Notes: generated from the sequence alone by a model not told the origin. A DNA stretch of 24,192 nucleotides from a virus (IMGVR_UViG_3300008459_000388:1-24192), one strand, 5' to 3'. Shown: positions 1 to 7,354, counted from the stretch's first letter. Made by a program: numbers and translations.

Positions 1-247
1 CCTCGTCTGGCGCCCTTGGGAGGGTCATAGACGCAAGCATCATTTGGTTGAGCTTCCACGCCTCGAGCCCGGGCTTTGCGGCACAGCCAATAATCGTCGT
101 GACTGACGGTACTAGGTTCAGCTTGCGCGCATCCGCTAGTGTTGTGTTGCGTGGGTTACCATTCTTGGCTTCCACGGTGTACTTTGGCGCACCTTCTCGG
201 GTGTACCAATGTGAGCTCTCGCTCGCCCTTACTGTAATCTCAGCCAT
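1..247 (-). CDS. Phage PD-(D/E)XK (Cas4-like) exonuclease, N-terminal part, truncated by the window edge
   Basis: Not in the ORF track. Manual translation from ATG 247: MAEITVRASESSHWYTREGAPKYTVEAKNGNPRNTTLADARKLNLVPSVTTIIGCAAKPGLEAWKLNQ... The HWY...PSVTTI...KPGL..W pattern is typical of phage exonucleases. Catalytic residues lie outside the window. Confidence 0.65.
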   Translation of the reverse strand, partial: MAEITVRASESSHWYTREGAPKYTVEAKNGNPRNTTLADARKLNLVPSVTTIIGCAAKPGLEAWKLNQMMLASMTLPRAPDE

Positions 248-591
248 GCCAATCCCTCTTTTGTTAATGTCCAAACAATTGCGTTGCTACCAGAGGGGGT
301 CTTACGTTTGACGGTAAGCCCTTCCTCGTCCTTGAGCCGCTCAATAAACCCAGCGTCTTGGCAGTCTTTCCTGCGCTTGCCAATGCTGTTTTGCTGTAGT
401 CCTGTGACGTCAGCCAGCTCAAAGTCGGTCATTGCACCGTACCTGAGCAGAGCCTCCATCGCCATGACTCGGTGCGCCGAAGCGCTGAAGCTCGCCCTAT
501 GAGCGGCTTCGTGTGAAGTCACTGGATCTGTCCTCCTAGCAAGTGGTTCGCTGAAGAGGTCGCGGGTATGAGTGTCTTCAAATGTCTTCAT
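229..591 (-). CDS. Winged-helix DNA-binding protein (phage)
   Basis: 120 aa. ARRTDPVTSHEAA N-terminal motif, then an HTH-like segment (MTDFELADVTGLQQNSIGKRRKD) and a wing (RKTPSGSNAIVW). Confidence 0.6.
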   Translation of the reverse strand: MKTFEDTHTRDLFSEPLARRTDPVTSHEAAHRASFSASAHRVMAMEALLRYGAMTDFELADVTGLQQNSIGKRRKDCQDAGFIERLKDEEGLTVKRKTPSGSNAIVWTLTKEGLAWLRLQ

Positions 592-593
592 GA

Positions 594-1250
594 TCAGAAG
601 GGCAGGTCGTCTTCCATGTCATCAAAGCCACTAGAAGGGGCTTTAACGGGCTTTTGAGCGCTTTTATTGCCTTGGAGAGCCTGCCACTCAGGGGAAGCCT
701 CAATCATCGCCTTGAGCCCTTTACCAAAGGTGTCGTACAGCTCGTAGTCAGGCTCAGCCAAACGGAACACTTGGTTAGGGTTGATGGCTGGGGGTAGACC
801 AGCGGACTTGATCACCGAAGGAACAGGGGCAACGCCTTTGACGTTTGAGTACATCTTGCCGTTTTTGCCGGGGCGCGGGATCACCGTCAACATGCACCAC
901 GCACCAAGGATCGTAGAGATGTCAAACCGACGCATCTCCGCCTCTGTGAAGGGCTTGTTACGCCAGTTCTGTAGGTCGATCCGAAGGTTAGCCTTCTCTG
1001 ACCAACTCAACGTGTAGTTCTTGAAGATCGCTAGGGGGTCGCCACGCTCTGTGACCAGCTCTTCGCCTTCGTCATCTTTGCCATGGAGCTCCCAACCGAG
1101 CATGATCTTGCGCTGGTGCTTCTCTTGACCCTCGTACTCAGAACGCTGGGTTCCCAAGTCAATAATGCGATAGCAACGAGCAAGGTGAAGACCTGCGGGT
1201 ACTGCTTTGAAGTCGCCAATCGGCGCTGTGTTTTCTACGATAAAACTCAT
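594..1250 (-). CDS. SSB-like / NGO0469-family phage replication-recombination protein
   Basis: 218 aa. G.H.ARCYRIIDLGTQ motif and acidic tail DDMEDDLPF typical of SSBs. Lies near the exonuclease gene. Confidence 0.65.
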   Translation of the reverse strand: MSFIVENTAPIGDFKAVPAGLHLARCYRIIDLGTQRSEYEGQEKHQRKIMLGWELHGKDDEGEELVTERGDPLAIFKNYTLSWSEKANLRIDLQNWRNKPFTEAEMRRFDISTILGAWCMLTVIPRPGKNGKMYSNVKGVAPVPSVIKSAGLPPAINPNQVFRLAEPDYELYDTFGKGLKAMIEASPEWQALQGNKSAQKPVKAPSSGFDDMEDDLPF

Positions 1251-1411
1251 GATTTTTCCTTAAAGATTTCGTTAAATTTGCTAGTAAATTGGTTGATAAA
1301 TTCAATTGCTTTTGGGTCTGTTTTGAGTGCTTCCTCGAGTAAATATTGTGTGTATTCCTGCTGTAACACAGGGTCGTTTTTCCATTGTTCGTATTCTTGA
1401 TTTGTTGCCAT
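1247..1411 (-). CDS. Hypothetical protein, 54 aa
   Basis: MATNQEYEQWKNDPVLQQEY...KEKS. GAGG RBS upstream; stop overlaps the next start (ATGA). Confidence 0.65.
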   Translation of the reverse strand: MATNQEYEQWKNDPVLQQEYTQYLLEEALKTDPKAIEFINQFTSKFNEIFKEKS

Positions 1412-1419
1412 GGTAATCC

Positions 1420-1629
1420 TCACTCTGAGCCTCCAAAGAAAAAAGCCATGCCTACGTTGTCAGGAAGCTTTACGCCTCCGTTGTAGATGTGGTTGATGTC
1501 AATGTTGGTGTTCATACCATCAGCAACGCCTAGGTAGTAGTGAAGCTGTTCTGTGTGCCAATCAAGCACCATCAGGATGCCGATGCGACCTTTGCTGGTG
1601 TCAAGCCAGATTACGTCTTGTAAATTCAT
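1420..1629 (-). CDS. Hypothetical protein
   Basis: Track ORF 1420..1641. The ATG at 1629 overlaps the upstream stop (TAATG), so it is the likelier start. Confidence 0.6.
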   Translation of the reverse strand: MNLQDVIWLDTSKGRIGILMVLDWHTEQLHYYLGVADGMNTNIDINHIYNGGVKLPDNVGMAFFFGGSE

Positions 1630-1727
1630 TAGGGTCTCCAAATAAAAAGGTCAAGGGCAAGGATCAGTGCCCCGATGAAGAACAGGATCACGTTCAGGCG
1701 CATAGCCTTAAATTCTTCGTCGCTCAT
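1629..1727 (-). CDS. Small single-TM membrane protein, 32 aa
   Basis: MSDEEFKAMRLNVILFFIGALILALDLFIWRP. AAGGAG RBS; overlaps both neighbours at start/stop. Confidence 0.65.
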   Translation of the reverse strand: MSDEEFKAMRLNVILFFIGALILALDLFIWRP

Positions 1728-1990
1728 GCTTGCTCCTTGTTAGGCCACTCAGCCCAAATAATTGGACGACCAATCAAATGTTCTTTTTCCATTGTGATGG
1801 TCACAAACTCCAACGGAGAAACCTTTGCTGGTTTAGTTTCATTGTCCCAATGAGCAAACAACAACTCAGCAAAATGAAAGCATTGGTCTTGAATCTCTTC
1901 TTCCACTTTTTTTTGCCATACGTTTTTTGTTGGGCCAAGGCTTATCAACTCAGCCTTCTCAGCAAGTTTTAAAATTTCATTGCGGTTCAT
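1724..1990 (-). CDS. Hypothetical phage protein
   Basis: 88 aa. GGAGG RBS; MNRNEILKLAEKA N-terminus; tightly packed in the operon. Confidence 0.65.
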   Translation of the reverse strand: MNRNEILKLAEKAELISLGPTKNVWQKKVEEEIQDQCFHFAELLFAHWDNETKPAKVSPLEFVTITMEKEHLIGRPIIWAEWPNKEQA

Positions 1991-1991
1991 G

Positions 1992-2210
1992 TCAAACCTC
2001 CCACACGATCAGCACTGCGTACAGCGCAATCAAGAAGAGGGCATAGGCAATCCAGCCAGCAATGCGGCGCTGAGAGAACTCAGGCTCAATGCCAAGCAAT
2101 GCCATTTGCAGAAGCTCTGCATCAGCACTCATGTAATTGCGTTGGGGAGGGGTGTAGTTGCACCCAATTTGAAGACCAGACTTGGTCGTGTAGGGAAGTT
2201 GCTTTTCCAA
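1992..2210 (-). CDS. Small membrane protein, first gene of the leftward operon (TTG start)
   Basis: AAGGAG then TTG at 2210 gives 72 aa (MEKQLPYTTKSGLQIG...) with a C-terminal hydrophobic helix. The longer track ORF runs through the promoter region and is unlikely. Confidence 0.6.
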   Translation of the reverse strand: MEKQLPYTTKSGLQIGCNYTPPQRNYMSADAELLQMALLGIEPEFSQRRIAGWIAYALFLIALYAVLIVWEV

Positions 2211-2220
2211 TTGATTCTCC

Positions 2221-2266
2221 TTAACCGCCGTATCGGCGTACACGAATCTTAACACCGAATTAAAAA
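2221..2266 (-). promoter_or_regulatory. Leftward promoter cassette: TTAA-N7-TTAA box, extended -10 (TGtTAAGAT), 5' hairpin
   Basis: Minus strand reads TTTTTAA-TTCGG-TGTTAAGAT-TCGTGT-ACGCC-GATAC-GGCGG-TTAA. Same architecture at 6636 and 7713. Confidence 0.7.
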
Positions 2267-2305
2267 CCAACACAATACATTCCCGAGTGAAACGTAGGGG
2301 TATCT

Positions 2306-2328
2306 TTAATTTAAAGTTAATGTATACT
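2306..2328 (+). promoter_or_regulatory. Rightward promoter: TTAA-N7-TTAA box followed by -10 TATACT
   Basis: TTAA-TTTAAAG-TTAA (2306-2320), TG, TATACT (2323-2328), then AAGGA RBS and ATG 2347. Confidence 0.6.
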
Positions 2329-2346
2329 TGCCGCCAAGGAAGAACA

Positions 2347-2553
2347 ATGATGACATTGCAAGAGTACTTTTCGACGGAGCCGTTGGGCGCAAGAGGTGAG
2401 ATGGCAGAGTATCTGGGCATCAGCCTGACATGGATGTCTCTGCTCATTCATGAGCGTAGAACTGCATCAGCCGCGTTGGCGGTTAAGATTGAAAAAGCAA
2501 CACAAGGTTTGGTCACAAGAAAAGACTTGCGTCCAGATCTGTTTTTCGTGTAG
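2347..2553 (+). CDS. Cro/YdaS-like HTH transcriptional regulator
   Basis: 68 aa from ATG 2347. HTH (RGEMAEYLGISLTWMSLLI) and the characteristic IEKATQGLVTRKDLRPDLF C-terminus. Confidence 0.8.
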   Translation: MMTLQEYFSTEPLGARGEMAEYLGISLTWMSLLIHERRTASAALAVKIEKATQGLVTRKDLRPDLFFV

Positions 2554-2558
2554 AGTTT

Positions 2559-2625
2559 GAAGCACGGCTAGGACGGACTAATTACCCGTTCCGAAAAGCG
2601 TTCCATCCCCGCCTGCCGCTGTTTC
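2559..2625 (+). ncRNA. Candidate structured RNA (three-way junction, reminiscent of c4/anti-immunity antisense RNAs)
   Basis: Closing stem GAAGCACGGCTAGG / CCTGCCGCTGTTTC; inner stems ACGG/CCGT and GCG/CGC; GAAAA linker; followed by a T run. Intergenic between cro and the initiator. Confidence 0.5.
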
Positions 2626-2652
2626 TTTTTGGGATGTGTTATTGGGATCGGT

Positions 2653-3399
2653 ATGCACTACTATCAATTCAGCATCGGCGACTACAGAGCCGCCACAGCT
2701 CATCTTTCAAACGACGAGGATCTTGCTTATCGCAGGCTTCTCGATATGTACTACGACACCGAACAGAAGATCCCATTGGATACCCAGTGGGTTGCCAGAC
2801 GTTTGCGAGTCGATACCAAGACGGTTAACGCAGTTCTGTCTGACATGTTTGTCAAACATGATGACGGATGGTTTCATTCTCGTTGCCAAGAAGTTATTGA
2901 GCACTATCACGCCATGGCAGAGAAAAACAGGGCTAATGGCAAATTGGGTGGTCGTAGAAAGAACCCAGTGGGTAACCCAATGGGATCCGACTCGGAACCC
3001 AGCGCTAAGGCAACTAATAACCAAGAACTATTAACCAATAACCAATCTAAAGTAGCTAACGCTACTCCTGACCTCGGCAAGCCGAAGTCAGTGCCACCTG
3101 CACCAATTCAGGAAATAGTTGAGATGTACAACACCATCCTTCCTGAACTGCCACAGACTGTTGTTGTCAACGATTCTCGCAAGAGGGCTATAGCCGCCAG
3201 ATGGCGTGAGGTTGTCACTGCTGACAAACTTGACAGGCAGGGTGGGTTGGACTTTTTCCGTTGGTACTTTGAGATGGTCAAGACCTCGAAGTTCCTGACA
3301 GGCAAATCAAAGGACTGGAAGGCTGACATGGACTTCCTGTTCAACCCAAGCAAGTTTCCCAGAGTCATTGAAGGCACATACCACAAGGAGCAAAAATGA
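2653..3399 (+). CDS. DUF1376/YdaU-family replication initiator (lambda O-like)
   Basis: MHYYQFSIGDY...HLSNDEDLAYRRLLDMYYDTE N-terminus, NGKLGGR motif, and C-terminal FLTGKSKDWKADMDFL...VIEGTY domain. Lies downstream of cro. Confidence 0.8.
   Translation: MHYYQFSIGDYRAATAHLSNDEDLAYRRLLDMYYDTEQKIPLDTQWVARRLRVDTKTVNAVLSDMFVKHDDGWFHSRCQEVIEHYHAMAEKNRANGKLGGRRKNPVGNPMGSDSEPSAKATNNQELLTNNQSKVANATPDLGKPKSVPPAPIQEIVEMYNTILPELPQTVVVNDSRKRAIAARWREVVTADKLDRQGGLDFFRWYFEMVKTSKFLTGKSKDWKADMDFLFNPSKFPRVIEGTYHKEQK
2962..3046 (+). repeat. Iteron-like repeats plus AT-rich 7-mer array; candidate replication origin inside the initiator gene
   Basis: AACCCAGTGGG (2962), AACCCAATGGG (2974), ATCCGACTCGG (2985), AACCCAGCG (2996), then five tandem 7-mers AACTAAT/AACCAAG/AACTATT/AACCAAT/AACCAAT (3012-3046). 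Confidence 0.55.
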
Positions 3400-3818
3400 G
3401 TTACGCATCAGCCAAACAGCGCTACGCTGAAAAAACAACATTCCCTGAAGATCAGGAAGTCAGTCACAACTGCTTCGCCAATGGTTGCCCCATGGCTGGT
3501 GGGATCTCTACTGGTGGCAACTGGGTCTGCGCCTACCACCATCAGGCTACCTCGGACACGTGGCCTCGCGTGACAGAAGCCCTGCGTGACGCCGAGAACG
3601 TCCGTGTTGCGATCAACGAAGTCATGAAGATCGACATGATCTCGTGGGGCGCCAGCGTCAATGGTTACCCACCAAAGTGGCAAGAGTTTGCCGCCCTGTT
3701 TGACAATGAGCCAGAGCTCCAACCCACCGAGCACGAGAAGATCCGCAAAACAAAGTACGAGTACCGCCTGCGCAACGAGCTGGCTATCCGATCAGGATTG
3801 GCAAAGAGGAAATCATGA
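3396..3818 (+). CDS. Hypothetical protein with a putative Zn site (C..NGC...CAYH)
   Basis: 140 aa. AAGGAG RBS; ATGA overlap with the initiator. Confidence 0.7.
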   Translation: MSYASAKQRYAEKTTFPEDQEVSHNCFANGCPMAGGISTGGNWVCAYHHQATSDTWPRVTEALRDAENVRVAINEVMKIDMISWGASVNGYPPKWQEFAALFDNEPELQPTEHEKIRKTKYEYRLRNELAIRSGLAKRKS

Positions 3819-4615
3819 ACCCAAAAGTAGCTGACATGGCATCTAAGGTTGGATTTGATGCCGCTGATTACACATGGTTTGATTTTTCAGAACTTGGTGA
3901 TCACGCGGACGAAGAGTTAAAAAGCGTTGGGCGCCAATACGGTTGGCACAATCAGATGATGCATCTTGACCAGTTTTTAACTCCATCTGATCACATGGCG
4001 GTCATACAACCAGCATGGCCTGACATTGCGTTTACCTACGACAAATACATCAAGTTTGGTGGATACGAGGGAGCCGCTGTCATGCTGTGGACAAACGACG
4101 GGTTTGAGTCTCCGTTGGCAATAGTTACGGAGAAGCGGGTTCATGTTGTTGGCGATGAGGGAGACGGAACAAATGTCGTGATCCATCAAAAACTTATGGA
4201 TGCATCTAAGCGCAACGGCATGACGGAACCTGATGCCATGAAGCTTTACGAGGACGCTTGCATTAGCGCGGTTAACTACGCCTGTTTGATTAACTTGAGA
4301 GCACATACCACTGAGCAGGTAGTCACCGCGCACATGGCAAGAGGTATGGAGTTCATCAATCGCAAGCGCAGGGCAAAGCACCAGCCTTTGGTGTACTCGT
4401 GGAACACAATTGAATTAAAGCCAGACGCGCAGGTTAAGCAACCGCATAAGGGCGGCACACACGCAAGCCCGGCTCGCCATAAGCGACGCGCCCACATGAG
4501 GCGTTTAAGCGCAGGTGGATTTACATGGATACCTGAGATGTGGGTAGGTAGCATTGAGAACGGACTTATCGTGCATGACTACGTGGCTGACCGTGAACTT
4601 AAAGGACAAGGATGA
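3815..4615 (+). CDS. Hypothetical phage protein with a basic C-terminal GTHASPARHKRRAHMR motif
   Basis: 266 aa. ATGA overlaps at both ends; the H.RR.H.R...W motif recurs in phage proteins. Confidence 0.75.
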   Translation: MNPKVADMASKVGFDAADYTWFDFSELGDHADEELKSVGRQYGWHNQMMHLDQFLTPSDHMAVIQPAWPDIAFTYDKYIKFGGYEGAAVMLWTNDGFESPLAIVTEKRVHVVGDEGDGTNVVIHQKLMDASKRNGMTEPDAMKLYEDACISAVNYACLINLRAHTTEQVVTAHMARGMEFINRKRRAKHQPLVYSWNTIELKPDAQVKQPHKGGTHASPARHKRRAHMRRLSAGGFTWIPEMWVGSIENGLIVHDYVADRELKGQG

Positions 4616-4830
4616 CCAAGCATGAAGCCCAAAAAATCCTCGATGAAATCCGCAGTGGGTTTGGTGATGCCTACACCGAGGCTTGCGCCATCGAATGTCT
4701 CTATCTCACAGGAGACCTTGGAACACATGAAACAATGCGAAGCGCGAGAGTGGATGAAACGGTACGAGAAGAAGGCTATCGAGCTAGGCTCAGGGAGCGC
4801 GCAATCATGGTGGCAAAAAGTAAAGAATGA
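4612..4830 (+). CDS. Hypothetical protein
   Basis: 72 aa. ATGA overlap, AAGG RBS, L.LTGDL motif. Confidence 0.5.
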   Translation: MTKHEAQKILDEIRSGFGDAYTEACAIECLYLTGDLGTHETMRSARVDETVREEGYRARLRERAIMVAKSKE

Positions 4831-4921
4831 CATCGAGAAGCGTCGTGGAACCGATGCTATGAATGACCTAGTAAACCGAATGAAAAAGGAGCGAGAAAAT
4901 GGCAAAAGTAGAACTCAGTGA
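4727..4921 (+). CDS. Hypothetical protein
   Basis: In track ORF 4622..4921. GGAG at 4711 precedes TTG 4718 and ATG 4727 (MKQCEAREWMKRY...). Start uncertain. Confidence 0.5.
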   Translation: MKQCEAREWMKRYEKKAIELGSGSAQSWWQKVKNDIEKRRGTDAMNDLVNRMKKERENGKSRTQ

Positions 4922-5147
4922 CTTTCAAAAGAAGTTCTTTGCTCAGGGCACAGGACAGACCTTGTTCACAGCAAAAGAATTTGAAGAGGGGCTGGCGCAG
5001 GCTAAGGCTGAGATCATGGCTGTAGCGATACAGACCACGAAGCAAGCCATTGGCATCGAGCGTGAAGCCTGCGCACAGGTTGCCCAACAAGCAGGCTTTG
5101 ACGAGCTGGCACACGCAATCAGAACGCGGATGCACCGTGCGGATTGA
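4899..5147 (+). CDS. Hypothetical phage protein (EREACA motif)
   Basis: 82 aa. AAGGAG upstream; the EREACA..A...A..IR motif is common in small phage proteins. Confidence 0.7.
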   Translation: MAKVELSDFQKKFFAQGTGQTLFTAKEFEEGLAQAKAEIMAVAIQTTKQAIGIEREACAQVAQQAGFDELAHAIRTRMHRAD

Positions 5148-5496
5148 GTTGGACTTTCCGCCTGCGGAACTCTTCCCAAACCGTGCCAAGGGTACGCACT
5201 GGGGCAAGCTCTACCAATTACGGTCTGACTACCGTGACAGCAGTACTTGGCTGGCTAAGCACCAGATCAAGGGCTGGAAACATGCAGGTGGAGAACTGAG
5301 GCTTACGCTGACGTTTGAGATGCCTGATAAACGAAAGCGCGACGCGGACAATTGCCTTGCCGCGGCAAAGGGAGCGCTGGACGGCTTAGCCGACGCATTG
5401 ATGGTGAACGACCAACTGTTTCAGCCCATCATGATTTACAGAAAATTTGGAACAAAACCCGGGAAACTCTTAATCGAAATCGAGGAACAAACATGA
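5137..5496 (+). CDS. rusA: RusA-like Holliday junction resolvase
   Basis: GTG start at 5137. PDKRKRDADN...K...DGLAD...ND catalytic pattern of RusA. Confidence 0.8.
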   Translation: MRIELDFPPAELFPNRAKGTHWGKLYQLRSDYRDSSTWLAKHQIKGWKHAGGELRLTLTFEMPDKRKRDADNCLAAAKGALDGLADALMVNDQLFQPIMIYRKFGTKPGKLLIEIEEQT

Positions 5497-5843
5497 GCAA
5501 GCTTATTGACCCAAACGAAGCCGTGGACTTCATGATCACCAACTCAGCCAAGTACGCCGAGGCAGAGGCAACAAAGGTGTACATGGAGGAGCTACGCAAG
5601 ACCATCAAAGCCGAAGAGATGAAGAACGCCGAGATCTATGGCAACGGTGAGTACAAGACCGCCGCCATGCAAGAGCGCGAAGCCTACGCCTCCCCACGTT
5701 ACAGAGAGCACCTAGAAGCCCTTAGACAAGCCGTAGAGGAGCGCGAACGCCTCAGATGGCTCCTCATAGCCTGTCAGGAAAGAATCGCCGTATGGCGCTC
5801 TATGGAGGCTTCTAATCGCCACGTTGACAAGGCGACTCTGTGA
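5493..5843 (+). CDS. Helical hypothetical protein (possibly recombination-mediator-like)
   Basis: 116 aa from ATG 5493 (GAGG RBS, ATGA overlap). REAYAS..Y...L...WRS.EAS.R motif. Confidence 0.7.
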   Translation: MSKLIDPNEAVDFMITNSAKYAEAEATKVYMEELRKTIKAEEMKNAEIYGNGEYKTAAMQEREAYASPRYREHLEALRQAVEERERLRWLLIACQERIAVWRSMEASNRHVDKATL

Positions 5844-6112
5844 ACAACAACCTCACGTCGAAGGAAAGAGCGTACGTGGGGCTTGTCAAAGAGCTCCCGT
5901 GCTCTGTGTGTGATGCACCCCCACCGAGTGACGCACACCACGTCAAACAGCATAGGCAGTACACCTGCGTGGCTTTGTGCAAGGACTGCCACCAAGGGAG
6001 TTTCAATGGCTGGCACGGGCAGAGACGCATGTGGTCGGTGATGAAAATGGATGAGCAGGACGCCCTGAACGTCACCATCGAGAGGGTCGTTGCCCTTTTG
6101 ATGAAAAGGTAG
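5840..6112 (+). CDS. Zn-binding HNH-like nuclease (Ref/DUF968-like)
   Basis: 90 aa. LPCSVC...AHH...LCKDCHQG...HG. Confidence 0.7.
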   Translation: MNNNLTSKERAYVGLVKELPCSVCDAPPPSDAHHVKQHRQYTCVALCKDCHQGSFNGWHGQRRMWSVMKMDEQDALNVTIERVVALLMKR

Positions 6113-6125
6113 GGTATAAAATAAC

Positions 6126-6160
6126 GAAACCCCAAAGGCAGGCGCGCCTTGTGGGGTTTC
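6126..6160 (+). promoter_or_regulatory. Stable stem-loop upstream of the HNH gene
   Basis: GAAACCCCA-AAGGC / GCCTT-G-TGGGGTTTC, 14 bp with one bulge, just after a -10-like TAAAAT (6117-6122). Confidence 0.5.
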
Positions 6161-6185
6161 TCATCAATTGATATAGAGGTATCGC

Positions 6186-6620
6186 ATGACTGATTTAATT
6201 TTAACTCAAAAGCAACTCCAAGAAATTTTGGAGTACGACTCCGTTACTGGTACTTTTTTGTGGCGAAAAAACGGCTATAAAAAAAGAATTAGTAGGGTTG
6301 CTGGGTGCGCCATCCCCACTGGTTACATCGTGATAGGCATAAATAAAAAAACATGGATGGCTCACAGATTGGCATGGATTTATGTAAATGGGGACATTCC
6401 TTTAAGCAAATTTATTGACCACATCAACAGAGACAGGTCTGACAACAGAATCGACAATCTAAGACTGGTTGACCCTAGTGAAAACTCACAAAACCAAAGC
6501 ATAAGAAGGCAAACCTTTGAGCCTCGTAGCAGGGATAGGCATTACATAGCCGCCAAAGAAAAAATTGAATTAGCTAAAAAAAATCAAAGCATAGGGAAAA
6601 CACCTACGAATTCTTTTTAA
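6186..6620 (+). CDS. HNH homing endonuclease (HNH_3 type)
   Basis: AHRLAWIY..G...IDHINRDRSDNRIDNLR...EN..N. AT-rich relative to its neighbours; GAGGT RBS. Confidence 0.88.
   Translation: MTDLILTQKQLQEILEYDSVTGTFLWRKNGYKKRISRVAGCAIPTGYIVIGINKKTWMAHRLAWIYVNGDIPLSKFIDHINRDRSDNRIDNLRLVDPSENSQNQSIRRQTFEPRSRDRHYIAAKEKIELAKKNQSIGKTPTNSF
6592..6606. promoter_or_regulatory. Operator-like inverted repeat TAGGG-N5-(A/C)CCTA
   Basis: TAGGGAAAACACCTA; second copy at 7689. Confidence 0.5.
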
Positions 6621-6635
6621 AAAAGATTCCCAAAC

Positions 6636-6688
6636 CGTTTTAACTTCGTGTTAAGATCCCAATCACTGCAACAAGCAGGTTACATGAA
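6636..6688 (+). promoter_or_regulatory. Promoter cassette: TTAA-N7-TTAA, extended -10, 5' hairpin
   Basis: CGTTTTAA-CTTCG-TGTTAAGAT-CCCAATC-ACTGC-AACAA-GCAGG-TTACATGAA. Confidence 0.7.
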
Positions 6689-6702
6689 AAAGGAAATTGG
6701 AA

Positions 6703-6993
6703 ATGACTACTACTACCGCTCTCAAGATCGTTGACCAACTCGGTTTGATCGAAGACCAAATTGCCGCTTTGCAAGAGCAGGCAGATGACCTCAAAAACCA
6801 ACTCAAAATGTTGGGTCAAGGTTCTTACGCTGGCACTATGTACGTGACCACCATCAAGCACACACCAGAAAAGAAAACGACAGCATGGTCTGCCGTTGCC
6901 AAAGAGCTGAACGCTCCTGCTGAGCTGATTGCTAAGCACACAAAGGTTACCTACAACATCCTCGCCGCCGAAACAAAGGCACTGTCAAACTAA
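6703..6993 (+). CDS. Hypothetical protein (N-terminal coiled coil)
   Basis: AAGGA RBS. Start at TTG 6697 or ATG 6703. Confidence 0.75.
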   Translation: MTTTTALKIVDQLGLIEDQIAALQEQADDLKNQLKMLGQGSYAGTMYVTTIKHTPEKKTTAWSAVAKELNAPAELIAKHTKVTYNILAAETKALSN

Positions 6994-6997
6994 TCCC

Positions 6998-7011
6998 TGC
7001 CCTTCGGGGCA
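6998..7011 (+). terminator. UUCG hairpin (terminator or processing/stabilising stem)
   Basis: TGCCC-TTCG-GGGCA followed by TTTACTT, immediately after the stop codon. Confidence 0.5.
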
Positions 7012-7029
7012 TTTACTTGAAAGACCATC

Positions 7030-7344
7030 ATGAACTACGACAACATCTACACAGAAGCCCTCAACGCCGCTAAAGCCGCTGAGTCCGCCTTCATGGAAAA
7101 ACATGGCGAGCCAATGTACTGTGGCTTTGCTTGGGTTGACATTTCAAGTGCACGTATCCCCTTCGTGGGCTGGTGCAAGAAAAACAACGTGGGTCGCAAG
7201 CACTGGCAAAAAGGCTGGTGTATTTGGAACCCTGCTGGTAACGGCACACAGTCCATGGACGTCAAAGAAGCTGGCGCCTATGCATTCGCAGAAGTCCTGC
7301 GCAAGCATGGCATCTCAGCATACGCTGGCTCAAGAGCAGATTAA
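7030..7344 (+). CDS. Hypothetical phage protein (CGFAWV motif)
   Basis: 104 aa. CGFAWV...QSMDVKEAGA.AFA.VL..HGI pattern. Confidence 0.8.
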   Translation: MNYDNIYTEALNAAKAAESAFMEKHGEPMYCGFAWVDISSARIPFVGWCKKNNVGRKHWQKGWCIWNPAGNGTQSMDVKEAGAYAFAEVLRKHGISAYAGSRAD

Positions 7345-7354
7345 GGAGAACACC

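Noticed and set aside
2211-2447. N-terminal extensions of track ORFs 1992..2447 (-) and 2287..2553 (+)
   Set aside because: They cross the divergent promoter region and each other; downstream starts with a good RBS exist at 2210 and 2347.
2559-2625. Possible tRNA
   Set aside because: Multi-stem, but no T-loop (TTCGA), D-loop or 7-nt anticodon arm.
7103-7354. 205-aa version of the 7103..7720 ORF
   Set aside because: It overlaps the 7030 gene; AAGGAG plus ATG at 7355 is the clear start.
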